Source of the DNA: Gekko japonicus
Taxonomy: Eukaryota
Assembly: GCF_001447785.1 (NCBI RefSeq)
Contig: NW_015164754.1
Coordinates: 104,749 to 168,748, forward strand
Reading direction: 5' to 3'
Length of the DNA: 64,000 nt
The notes under the pieces are model-generated. The model had not been told where the DNA came from. It saw only the letters and a list, made by a program, of their open reading frames with translations, and ran no database searches. Below, piece by piece: positions 50,473 through 61,796 of this stretch (positions are counted from its first letter, which is position 1; each line of letters starts with the position of its first letter). The position numbers and the translations under genes were made by a program.

Positions 50473-50822
50473 AAAAGATAAAGGTTCCCTTGCTCGAAAG
50501 CCAGTCGAATCCGACTCTAGCGTTGCGGTGCTCATCTCCGTTTCCAAGCCGAAGAGCCAGCGCTGTCCGAAGACGTTTCCGTGGTCATGTGGCCGGCGTG
50601 ACTAAACACCGAGGTGCACGGAACGCTGTTCCCTTCCCACCAAAGTGGTCCCTATTTATCTACTTGCAATGTCTTGCTTTCTAACTGCTAGGTCGGCAGG
50701 AGCTGGAACTAGAGATGGGAGCTCACTTCGTCATGCGGCACACTCGGGTCTCGAACTGCTGAACTACCGACCTTCCACAGCCTGCAGTTCAGCGTCTTAA
50801 CCACTTGAGCCACCGCAGCTCC
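50473..50822 (-). mobile_element. Sauria SINE
   Basis: Full length; flanking TAAGTTCTAGT repeat; empty site near 45850. Confidence 0.92.
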
Positions 50823-51045
50823 TTAAGTTCTAGTTCTAGTAGGAGACTGGTTTTTCTAAGGAAACAGAACATCTCAGCTTCTGATTAATATTCTCTACGT
50901 TAATCTTCATAATCTTTTGTGCCCCATATGAATACCCATCTCCTGCCCCCTCAGCTCTCCACTCATTCCATGTCCCTGGGCTCATAAGGACCTTTCCTCA
51001 TGAAACTTCATTTGTTCTTGAGTTAATAACAATCTCCCGAAGGCC

Positions 51046-51058
51046 TCATTAAAAAGAC
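51046..51058 (-). promoter_or_regulatory. Paralogous homeodomain site GTCTTTTTAATGA
   Basis: Same context as 46065; TCCCTGGG near 50973. Confidence 0.55.
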
Positions 51059-51535
51059 TGTTTCTTTTTGGTAGGACACGAGCATCTTCTTCCAAGCTGC
51101 AATGGAGAGTTTCCCAAGTGCCTGTCAACTCCGCTTTGGGCGGCAAATTGTCCCTTCCCTTGGATCAAACATAGGAAAACTGAAGTGAGGATAGAACCAC
51201 AAAGGGGCTCAGACAATTTTTTGCCTGAGACAGTTCTTTGCCTACATCAACTCTCTTGTTGCCTAAGGTTGTTTCCTTTTTAAAATTTGCTTACACTGTT
51301 TTCCAGTTCTTCCTTCTTAGCCGCAATGCATTGTTTGTTCATTGAAGTTCTTTTGCTATTGGATTGAATTTTTTAAAATCAATTTTGTCATCACCCTGGA
51401 TTCTCAGTGAGAAAGGCAGGCTATAAATGAAGATCATAATCATCTCGCAAATTTACCGTATAGATGCTTCCAAAGATCATTTGCAGTGGTGCAGTAAATC
51501 AGCTCCTGGTTCCTCTCTTAGTGCTTTACCATGTC

Positions 51536-51939
51536 CAGGGGTCATTTCCTGCAGGAGCGCACAGGAGCGGATCTCCGGCAGTAAAGAGCCCAAGGGGTGG
51601 GCACATGCAACAATCCCCGCCCCCTGCTCCCAGCAGCCCTCAGTCAGAGCAAGAAGCAGCCAGGTAAGGTGCAGAGCTTCCCCCGCCCCCCTGGTCCAAA
51701 ACAGTCCAGTGGCACTTTTAAGACCAAGTTTTAATCAAGTACAAGATCTCCCTCCTCTGCTAGGACAGATCTGCACGTCCCCGTCCCCCTCAATAGCTAG
51801 CAATCCAAAACAGTCCAGTGGAACCTGAGCAGTGGGTGTTGCCTTCTGACACACTTCCGGTGATGTCAGGGGGTGTGGCATATGCAAATGAGTTATGCTA
51901 ATGAGCTCCTGCACCTCTTTTTCTATGAAATGACCCCTG
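51536..51939. mobile_element. hAT MITE family B
   Basis: TIRs; perfect TSD ACCATGTC. Confidence 0.93.
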
Positions 51940-52433
51940 ACCATGTCTATTTCTTTTCCATCCCTGTTGGCTACAGGAGAGGCCACCAAGGATCAAACAT
52001 ATACCCCTCTGACTCCCAAGTGTTTTAATTATCACTGAAGCACATACAAGGAGGTGCAACTCTTAAGAGAAGAAGAAGAGATTGGGTTTATACCCCACCC
52101 TTCACTACCTGAAGGTGTCTCAGAGTGGCTTACAAACTCCTTTTCCCTTCCCCTCCCCACAACAGACACCCTGTGAGGTAGGCGGGGCTGAGAGAGCTCT
52201 TGACAGAAACTGCTCTTTCTTCAAGAAAAGCTCTTATCAGAACTACAGCTTGGCCAAGGTCATCCAGCCAGGTGCAAGTGGAGGAGTGGGGAATCAAACC
52301 TGGTTCTCCCAGATTAGAGTCCGCGCACGTAACCACTACACCAAGCTGCCTCTTAGAACATAGGTATGAGAAAGTTAAAGACTTTAATGAAGCAAGATTA
52401 GATCTGGGTGTAAATAACAGGATAGTACATGTA

Positions 52434-52943
52434 GGCCCCGGTTACACGGAGCATTAGCCACGCTAGAGGGATGGAAGATAGGCGGATTTTCCGGGCGCGA
52501 TCTCACCACCACATCTGGGAAGCGTAGAGCTGCCGTGGCTCACCCGAGGCTTCCCGCCGAAGACGTGCAGTAAAAAACTAGTACCTCGGAGGTACTAGTT
52601 TCTGAAAACCGCGGGGCAAGGGCGGGCATCTGATCGCGTTTCCGGTGGCCTCCGGCGCTCTCCCATGCCCCATTGCGAAAAGGTTCCCCCCCTGAAGTCT
52701 GCAGGGATGCGCACAGGCACCAAATGGGGCATGCGCATACTTCAGGTTAAAAAAACAAAACACAACCCCGTTTCCCGTGCTGCGCCGCTTCTTTGGCGTG
52801 TCGTGTGATCGGCACCTCCCCCTAACCACAGGACCTCGACGGGACCAAGAGGGGACGCCTGATTGCGCAGTTGCGCGTTATTTCGCTGTGGGGCAAACAG
52901 CCACACCTCCCCCCCACGATATCCAGCCCATGTGACCGGGGCT
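52434..52943. mobile_element. PIF/Harbinger-like MITE, complete
   Basis: GGCCCCGGTTACACGG / CCATGTGACCGGGGCT TIRs; 3-bp TSD GTA. Confidence 0.82.
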
Positions 52944-53625
52944 GTAGATTAAACATTAGGAGGAACTTCTTCATGGCAAAAGCAGGTCAACAATGGCACG
53001 GATTACCTAGGGGTGAGTGGGCTTTCTTGAGGTTTTCAAGAGGAGGCTGGACCACCATCTATGGGAACATTCCAGTTTGGTAATTCTTGCATTGATTTAG
53101 GGACTGGATTGGATGGCCTATTAGAACCCTCCAACTTCATGACTTTACAGTCCCCTTAATTTCAGCTTGAGAGTTTGCTGAGAAGCATTGAAGTTCTTTG
53201 GCTTTGGGATGCTTCATAGAACCATTATGAGATTGTGAACACTTTCCAAAATGTGGTAAGTTGCAACCTTGAGATGTATTGGTATTAATGAGATGGCTGA
53301 ACATCCAAAAAATGGGGTATGCTTATGGCAGGCAACAAATGTACATAGAAATCCATGAGGGCTTGGAAAGATTAGTGATGGTAACGACCGGCTTACTCAC
53401 TGATGGGTATAATGTAGGGATTTGTTATGAGAAGTTTGAGATCAACCACACATGCATTAAACATTAGTGCAGGGGTGGCCAAACTTGCTTAACGTAAGAG
53501 CCACCTAGAAGAAACATCGGATGTCTGAGAGCCACAAGACATGAACAAATATCACACACACATTTTTAATCGGAAAATATGCAGATTTGCTTTTTATTAA
53601 CATAACCATGAAATAAGACTGCCAG

Positions 53626-53976
53626 TAAAAGGTAAAGGTTTCCCTTGCTCGAAAGCCAGTCGAGTCCGACTCTAGGGTTGCGGTGCTCATCTCTGTTTCA
53701 AAGCCGAAGAGCCAGCGCTGTCCGAAGACGTTTCCGTGGTCATGTGGCTGGCATGACTAAACACCAAGGCGCACGGAACGCTGTTACCTTCCCACCGAAG
53801 TGGTCCCTATTTATCTACTTGCAATTTCTTGCTTTCGAACTGCTAGGTTGGCAGGAGCTGGAACTGGAGACGGGGGCTCACTCCGTCATGCGGCAACTCG
53901 GGTCTCGAACTGCTGAACTACTGACCTTCCACAGCCTGCAGTTCAGCGTCTTAACCACTTGAGCCATCGCAGCTCC
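53626..53976 (-). mobile_element. Sauria SINE nested in a hAT-like element (about 53470-54249)
   Basis: TSD TAAGACTGCCAG; host begins CAGGGGTGGCCAAACTT. Confidence 0.9.
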
Positions 53977-54257
53977 TAAGACTGCCAGAAATAAAAACAA
54001 AAGGGGTAAAAACAGATATCGAGGATAATATTTAAAGAGACAAATGCTTTCTCCGGCTGGGGGGCTTTGAGAACACGTTTAAAGTTAAAGTTGCTTTCTT
54101 TCTGTACTTCCCCCACCTCAAGCCTACCCAGGGAGAGGAACACTGGCTGGGGAAGGGAAGACTGATCAGGGAGGTATGCCCTCCCCTTCACTTCCCCAGC
54201 CACCCTGCTGGGAGCCGCACAATGTGTGTGAAAGAGCCGCATGTGGCTCATCTTCAG

Positions 54258-54465
54258 GAGGGGCCATAGCTCAATGGTAGAGCATCTGCTTGGCATGCAG
54301 AAGGTCCCAGATTCAGTCCCTGGCATCTTCAGTTAAATGGTCCACACACCTGGGTGATGTGAAAGACCTTGGTATGAGAACCTGGACAGCCGCTGCCAGT
54401 CTGAGTGACAGTACTAATTGTGATAGAAAGGTGCTCTGGTTCAGTATAGGGCAGCTTCATGTGTT
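54258..54465 (+). mobile_element. tRNA-Ala-derived SINE; related antisense copies at about 26470-26630, 26730-26925 and 29085-29200
   Basis: GGGGCCATAGCTCAATGGTAGAGCATCTGCTTGGCATGCAGAAGGTCCCAG head followed by a non-tRNA body. Confidence 0.78.
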
Positions 54466-54599
54466 CTTTTCTCCTGAGCAGAAGAAATGGTTGGATCCAG
54501 CTCCTAAACTGGCTTCTTGAATTCTGCCTGTGTTCAAAGGAAAGAAGCAGACTTTTATGCTTACAGAGTTTAATTTAACATCTCAGTCAAGATGAGCAG

Positions 54600-55045
54600 G
54601 TAAAGGTAAAGGTTCCCTTGCTCGAAAGCCAGTCCTGGCCCCACTGGTGGACCTCCTGATGGCAGTGGTATTTCTGGCCACTGTGTGATACAGAGTGTTG
54701 GACTGGATGGGCCATTGGCCTGATCCAACATTGGCATCTCTTATGTTCTTATGTTCTTAAATCCGACTCAAAGCCGATGAGCCAGCGCTGTCCGAAGATG
54801 TTTCCGTGGTCATGTGGCCGGCATGACTAAACACCAAGGCGCACAGAACGCTGTTACCTTCCCACCGAAGTGGTACCTATTTATCTACTTGCAATTTCTT
54901 GCTTTCAAACTGCTAGGTTGGCAGGAGCTGGAACTAGAGATGGGAGCTCACTCCGTCATGCAGCACCCGGGTCTCGAACTGCTGAACTACTGACCTTCCA
55001 CAGCCTGCAGTTCAGCGTCTTAACCACTTGAGCCACCGCAACTCC
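54600..55045 (-). mobile_element. Sauria SINE interrupted by a CR1 3' tip (about 54633-54758, +)
   Basis: TSD ATGAGCAGGTA; CR1 tail (CTTATGTT)n inside the SINE. Confidence 0.9.
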
Positions 55046-55738
55046 AATGAGCAGGTAGCTGATGAATAAAAGGAAATACCCATCAGGTGATTGTGCCATG
55101 CTTAGATTGCCCACTGTATCATCACTCAACAAACTTGCTTGTTAGCCAGTTTTATGGTGGTTACGGTGGCTCACTAGGCCTATTGAGCCCTAGATTTCAG
55201 CCCCCACTCAACCACCAAACTTACTGGCGGGACTCTGTATCACTCTGTCTCTCTCAGCCTAATTTACCTCACAGGCTTGTTTTTAGGCTTATGTAGAGGA
55301 GTGGAGAACTATGTTCACCACACTAAGGTACTTAGAGAAAGGACAGGATAAAATATAAGGAATAACTAACAGATATTTCTTTTCTGGCACTAACATTTGC
55401 TACTCCCCCAAAATAGTGTTTTCTTAATACTTTTATTTATTTATTTTATTTATTTGTTAGACTTTTACCCCACCCTCCCGCCAAAGCGGCTCAGGGCGGC
55501 TTACAATAGTTAAAAACCAGTGTACGATTAATAGAATATCAGGTCTAAAACAATACAATCAATAAAATATCAAACTACAATTTATTAAATTTAAGATTAA
55601 GATGTGGTGGCCGTCTGTTATAAAATGCTAGTATTTATGTGGAATGGTCCCTTTTACTAAAGTGATTAATAGAACCATACATCGTGCACTACATTCTTCC
55701 TTGGTCTCTGAGCAGAACTGTTTTTAAGAACATGAAAT

Positions 55739-56683
55739 TCAGTAGGGAGGGCAGAACTGTGGCTTCCTACGGCAGAGTTTCCACAGGCCGTCTTTCATCT
55801 CTTTGTTCCTCAGCGTGTATATGAGAGGGTTTAAGAAAGGAGTCACTGCAGTGTAGAACATGGCTACCACTCCATCAAGGGAGCCCTGAGATGCTGGCCG
55901 CAGGTAGTTATAAACCACAGGAACATAATAGATCACCACCAAGGTGATGTGGGCTGTACAAGTGGAGAAGGTACGGTGTCTCCCTTTCGAACTGGGAATC
56001 CTCAGGATGGCAGACACGATATATACATAGGATGTCAGAATCAAGAGGAAGCAGGTCATGGCTACGAACCCAATGTCCACCAACGTCACCATCTCATTGA
56101 GGGATGTGTCTGCACAGGCCAGCTTCAGCATCGCTGGGATGTCACAGAAGATGTAGGTCACCAGGATCCCTCGGCCATACGGCAGGCGAAAAGTGAGGGA
56201 GGTCTGTATCACAGAGTGCAGGGAGCCTCCAAGCCAGGTGCCAATGGCGAGACAAAAGCAAACGCGGTGGTTCATGAGAGTGCCGTAGTGCAGCGGTTTG
56301 CAAATGGCCACAAAGCGGTCAAAGGCCATCACGGTGTACAGGAAGCATTCCGTACAGCCCAGGAAGTGGAATAAGAAGAGCTGGGATACACAGCCTGCGT
56401 AGGAGATAATCCCATTGCCCTTTACCAGCCATTGGATCAGTTTGGGCACCACCACAGAGGAGACCATCATGTCCATGATAGACAGGTGGCAGAGGAACCA
56501 GTACATTGGTTTGTGCAAACGGGATTCAAGTGCTACGACTAAGAGGATCAAGCTGTTTCCAGAAAGAGACAGTGTGTACATGAGGAGGAAGAAGAAGAGC
56601 AACAGGAACTTAAGGTCTTTGGGGTACATGAATCCTAAAAGTTCAAAGTTTTCAAGCCCTGATGTTGCGTTTCCACACTCCAT
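55739..56683 (-). CDS. Olfactory receptor, OR10G6-like, intact, 314 aa
   Basis: MECGNAT start; [28 protein letters not shown]. Confidence 0.96.
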   Translation of the reverse strand: MECGNATSGLENFELLGFMYPKDLKFLLLFFFLLMYTLSLSGNSLILLVVALESRLHKPMYWFLCHLSIMDMMVSSVVVPKLIQWLVKGNGIISYAGCVSQLFLFHFLGCTECFLYTVMAFDRFVAICKPLHYGTLMNHRVCFCLAIGTWLGGSLHSVIQTSLTFRLPYGRGILVTYIFCDIPAMLKLACADTSLNEMVTLVDIGFVAMTCFLLILTSYVYIVSAILRIPSSKGRHRTFSTCTAHITLVVIYYVPVVYNYLRPASQGSLDGVVAMFYTAVTPFLNPLIYTLRNKEMKDGLWKLCRRKPQFCPPY

Positions 56684-57753
56684 TCAAGCAGTACTAATCG
56701 CTGCCTCAAATCCACTAGCAATACGCTCACCCAAACTCATTGTGGCAAAGGAGCATATGGTGATATTTACTGAGTCAAGAAAATAATTTATTCATGCTCA
56801 ATTAGTAATTGTAATGTAGAAGGAGTTCCAGGATAACTGGTGATTAGTTACGTTTTCTATAATAAATAATAAGTGAACAATCTCAGACAGTATCAAAATA
56901 GAGTTCCTGTCCCCAAATTCACTCCCCCTGGCTTTAGAATTCTCTTTTTTACTCTTGGAACTTACTCTATAAATTCTGACTTCTGTTTCTGACGGGTAGT
57001 TTTGTGAAACCCACTGTCCTTCAAGAGGCTTTTGAAGACAGAAAAATCCCACTGTATATTCCCAATGTCCTCTTTTTACCTACTAGATCATCACAAATAG
57101 AATGCCAGGAATTTTGATCCTAACCTAAGGCAGAATCACCTTCTGCACTTTCAGCCTGGTAGCATATGTATTGAAAATGTCAGATCCAAAATGCTAATCA
57201 GGATATTAAAATTTGTCAAAATATGCCATTTCCTGTTCCATCCTTGAGACAGAAATAGTCACCTGTTAGTTTTAAATGCTAGGATATGGGGTAATAAATA
57301 AGAGATATTTATGCAGTTTTATCCATCTTCAGTTAGTGCAGTCGATCTTGGAAGTAACTGAACAAAGCCGCGGTTCCCCACAATGACTTAGAGGGTCACC
57401 TTTTAGGGTAACAGGCAAGCCAGTCTGTCCTCAGTTGGTTCTGTCCTCATCTGGTACATATAAAAGTCAGATCTGTTATGTTTCAGTGGAGGTGAGAGAT
57501 GGTCCACCAGCTGAAGGTCTTTGTAAGGACTATAATACGTATACCTTTTGATAAAGCACAGTGTCTGTTCTTGTATGTCTCATCATGCTTGAAAATGTGG
57601 CTCTTGGCTGTAATTCCTTGTACTGCACCAAAATGGTCATTGATCAGTCAACATTCTGGTCTCTAAACCTTTCAGCAAGAGATGACTCGGCTGACAATAT
57701 GCAACCATGAATGCGCTGGGTGTTCAACAGGAACTCCTTCTAACTGGCATGTA

Positions 57754-58008
57754 ACTGATGCTCGAATATGTCATGTGTTCTTCTTAAATAGAGTGTCCAA
57801 AGAATCCACTGACTTGGTATAAATAACTCTGTTCAAAGAGAAGACTTCTTGGTCTTAGAAAAACAGGTGCTCAAATACGTCTTAGAAAAACTGATGCTTG
57901 AATACGTGATGTGTTCTTCTTAAATAGCGGGCACTGTCCAAAGAATCCACTGACTTGGTATAAATAACTCTGTTCCAAGAGAAGACTTCTTTGTCTTAGA
58001 AAAGCAGG
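57754..58008. repeat. Tandem duplication with about 136-bp period upstream of the OR at 56683
   Basis: actgatgct.gaata...gacttggtataaataactctgttc...tcttagaaaa.cagg occurs twice. Confidence 0.88.
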
Positions 58009-58202
58009 TTTTCCGATGAATATTTTCTCTCTGGTTCTGATTAATATCATCCACCTTCATCTTTATAATTACTCCTGCTTTGTGCAAATTGCCTTTACCT
58101 GTCTCTTCTGTTCTCCACTTATTTCATGGTTCTTGGTTTAGAGGGACATCAGCTCATGAGACTTCATTTGTTCTTAAAGTTAATGGCAAATTCCAGAAGG
58201 TC

Positions 58203-58215
58203 TCATTAAAAAGGT
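58203..58215 (-). promoter_or_regulatory. Homeodomain site ACCTTTTTAATGA
   Basis: 12/13 match to AACTTTTTAATGA; paralogous position about 1.5 kb upstream of the OR ATG. Confidence 0.62.
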
Positions 58216-58304
58216 CTTTTCTTTTGGTGGAGCTCAAGGGAACCCTTCCAAGGTGCAATGGGAACTTTTCAAATGATCACACATTGGAAAACTGAGGTTA
58301 GGAT

Positions 58305-58510
58305 CAATGTTCCCTCTAAGCTGTGGAGTCTTGTGAGCAAAAATTCTTCTTTGTGAGCTACTGTCATTAAAGTTGTGAGCGAGCAATTTGGTTACTGCAT
58401 AGATTAGCTTGCTCTGGAGCCCTCCTTCCTGAGCTAAGGCAAAAATGTGTGAGCCGGAGGCGAAAAAACTGTGAGCTAGCTCACACTAACTCAGCTTAGA
58501 GGGAACACTG
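58305..58510. mobile_element. hAT MITE family A
   Basis: TIRs; TSD GTTAGGAT. Confidence 0.92.
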
Positions 58511-59412
58511 GTTAGGATGTGGCCACCTGAATACTCCACTGTTATGTATTCAGATGGACTTGAATGCATGAATGTATGTAATGGAAACATCCCATTGACT
58601 TGTAATGTTAAGCTTCGGCCTGGGCTAGGATCCTAATGTAACCAATAGGAACACTAGCCCAGGAAGTGTCATCCAATCACTTCACAGAGCGGGAACGCTT
58701 GTGATTGGATATTATGTCTTCGACCGCCCAACTCTCTGATTCCCAGTTTTTTTTTTTTACAAATTTATTTATGATTTTCCATTACAAAAAAAAGATAACA
58801 ATATTTAGAATTTTCATTACAAAACCACAAAAAGCAAGCAAGCAGAAGAATAAAAACCAAATAGAAAAGTAACAATATTTTGTAAATGAAATATATTTAT
58901 GGAGTTACGCATTTCCCTGATCCTTCCAGCCGCCCCACCCCCCGGTCTGCCTGCCTTGGAATCGCCGGGGTGGGTTGCTTTCCAGGCCTTCCCTCTGTAG
59001 CCAGGCACGCAGATGTTTTGGCTGTAGTGGGCATGGCCAATCTGAAGCCAGCCGGAACTCCGTTCCTGTGTGTTCCTGCCCCAAAATAGCCCTGATCTTA
59101 TCAGCTTTTCAGTCGCCTGTTCTGTTTTACGGCTTGGTATTGCATTGGCTTGCATTTTTTATCCAGTGGTTTTTTAATTGTAAGCTACCTTGAGCAGAAG
59201 TCTGAAGAGGCAGCAAAGAAACAGTGCAAAGAAATGTTGGGGAGAGGGGTTCAGCTCAGGTTCACTGCAGCAGTGGTGCGTGTGGAACAGGGACATCCAT
59301 CGCCTTGGACACGTTGCTGAGCCAAGCCCAGAAAGAGGGGCGGATTGGTGTCTGTTCTTTTGTGCCGAGGAAGAGGATGAATCAACCACTCATGATTCAG
59401 ACCGAGTCACAG

Positions 59413-59607
59413 CAGGCCCATAGCCACAGCGGGGCGCCTCGGGGCCTGGCCCCCTGACTTACCACCAAGTGCCCCCCCACTTCCTATTCAGCCCCCCGAC
59501 TTCCATTTTTAAATTTTATTTGTGGTGCTCACTTGGGTGTGTGTGCGGGGTGCCCCCTGACTTATTTAACGGCCCCCCGAATTTAAAAAATCCTGGCTAC
59601 GGGCCTG
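59413..59607. mobile_element. hAT-like MITE family C
   Basis: CAGGCCCATAGCCA / TGGCTACGGGCCTG TIRs; TSD AGTCACAG/TGTCACAG. Confidence 0.82.
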
Positions 59608-60444
59608 TGTCACAGTATGTATTCCTACATCAGTGTCTCCTGGACAGGATCCAGCCACCTCCCCTGGATGCCAGTGAGAAGGCGCAGTGTACTGCTGCGC
59701 ATGAAAAGACCTTGGCTTCCCAAGACTGTGAGGTGTCCCGCGTGTGAGGGTTTTGGTTGTCATTCTAGAAGGCAACAAGAATGTCCACAACACGAGCACA
59801 AACCGTAGTACTGATGAGGCCCAGTGTGGCGTAGTGGTTAAGAGTGTCAGACTAGTATCTGAGAGACCTGGGTTTGAATCCCCACTCATGCAAAACTTTG
59901 TTTTATTTCATAACACACATCACTCAGTCCAGTCCACCCAAAACACACATTTTTAAACCAGCACTTCAAAAATTGGGGAAAATAAGCACACTAAAACAGA
60001 AATGGCTTAATTTTTTTGAACTCTCTCTCATTCATAATATATATAATTATGGTCAGTTTTGCAGTAGCTATTTGACCTCTCTTGTTAGGGAACCATACAC
60101 TATTATTATATTAGTAAGGTGAATCAAAATATTGATCTGAACAATAAGAACGGGAACATGGATGCTACAAACAAATGGGTTTGCAATTGGGGGAGGTGAT
60201 GACTAAGGAATTTCCCTAACTGGCATATATAATTCTTTAAAGAATTTCTCCTTCACCACTCTTGTGTTCTGGGGCTGTGCCACACGATTAAAAAAACTTA
60301 ATAAAATCAGCTCTAAGAAGCATTAAAGTCTAAAATTTAAGATATCAACATTCATAAAGCCAAAATATTTAACTGATTGGAAATGTAATGGCAAGATAGC
60401 ATATAAAATGCAGCAGATTGCTTCCCAAATTTTTGCTTAACAGA

Positions 60445-60885
60445 GGCCCCTGCCACACAGCAGGGGAAAAGCCTCTTAAGGCGCGGCTTTTAAAAGCCAC
60501 GCCAACGTTGACACAGCGTGGCGGGATCCCCCGGATCCCCCGGCCGAGCCGCCTTTTCTCCCCGGCGCAATCAAACGCCGGGGAGAAAACACGGCCCTAA
60601 CCGGGAGCCGGCCGAACTGCGCATGTCGGAGCATGCGCAGTTTGGCTCCGGCCCGGGGTTGTGCCGGTGCAAGGACGCGCCGGCGATCAAACGCCCGGGT
60701 AGAAGCGCCGCGTCCACTTGAACCACCGAGGTAGGTGGTTCAGTTTGAGGCGCAGTTTCTCGGGAAAGGGCCAGTTCGAGGATGGAATCATGGCGCTTTA
60801 CAGATGTTGTGGTGTGATCGCGCCGGTTTGACCCGCCCCCGAACTGTCCCGCTCCCGGGCCAAATCGCCTCGTGTGAACGGGACC
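60445..60885. mobile_element. Harbinger-like MITE, CpG rich with internal hairpins
   Basis: GGCCCCTGCCACAC / GTGTGAACGGGACC ends; 3-bp AGA flanks. Confidence 0.65.
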
Positions 60886-61796
60886 AGAGGAGGAATTCCC
60901 TGAGCCGCGAGAAGACGGCACACTTCTGGGGTTTATCCAGCATCTCATTCCAGAGCTCCAAGGCTAATAAAGAAAAGACCCTGTTCCTTTCCGCCTGCCA
61001 GCTAACTACACTTTCTAACTGATGTCTTTAGACAAAGCTACTCTGAGTAAGGTTCTTCCACTGCTTTGAATAGAGGAGCCCAACAGAGAGAAGTCCTTTC
61101 ATACGAATCCAGGTCCCAGGCTGTGAAGGGAATTAAATGTCAACACCCTGAACTGAGTCAAAGCAAGTGGCTCAACATTAGCTTTGAGTCCAGCAGCACC
61201 AAGGAGGAGGAGAGATTGGATTTATACCTCACCCTTCACTACCCAAGGGAGTCTCAGAGCGGCTTACAATCTCCTTTCTCTCCCCTTCCCACAACAGACA
61301 CCCTGTGATGTAGGTGGGACTTAGACAGCTTTCAAGGACTGCTCTTGAGAGAACAGCTCTGAGAGAACTTGTGACTGACACAAGGTCACACCAGCAGCTG
61401 CATGTAAAGGAGTGGGGAATCAAATCCAGTTCTCCCAGGTTAGAGTCCACACTCCTAACCGCTACACCAAACTGGCTCTCAAGATTTTCAGGTTATGAAC
61501 GTTTGAGAGTCTAAGCTTCGTTGGTCAGATACCAGATCTGATGAAGGGAGCTTTGACTCTTGAATGCTCATACCCCGAAAATCATGTTGATCTTTAAGGT
61601 GCTACTGGACTCAAATCTAGTTCTTCTACTACAGACCACCATGGAGACCCTCTGAAATTATCTGGCACAGGACTGGTGGGGATATCTCCCAGATTTCCTA
61701 TTGCTAGTGAGCTACATGGTGGAATCCAAAATCCATTTCAAGTCATTTATGACCATGTTAAATAAAGAAGTCAATGTTGAGTGGGACAACTATTTA

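Noticed and set aside
54258-54332. tRNA-Ala gene
   Set aside because: Degenerate stems, continues into a SINE body, several diverged copies in the window.
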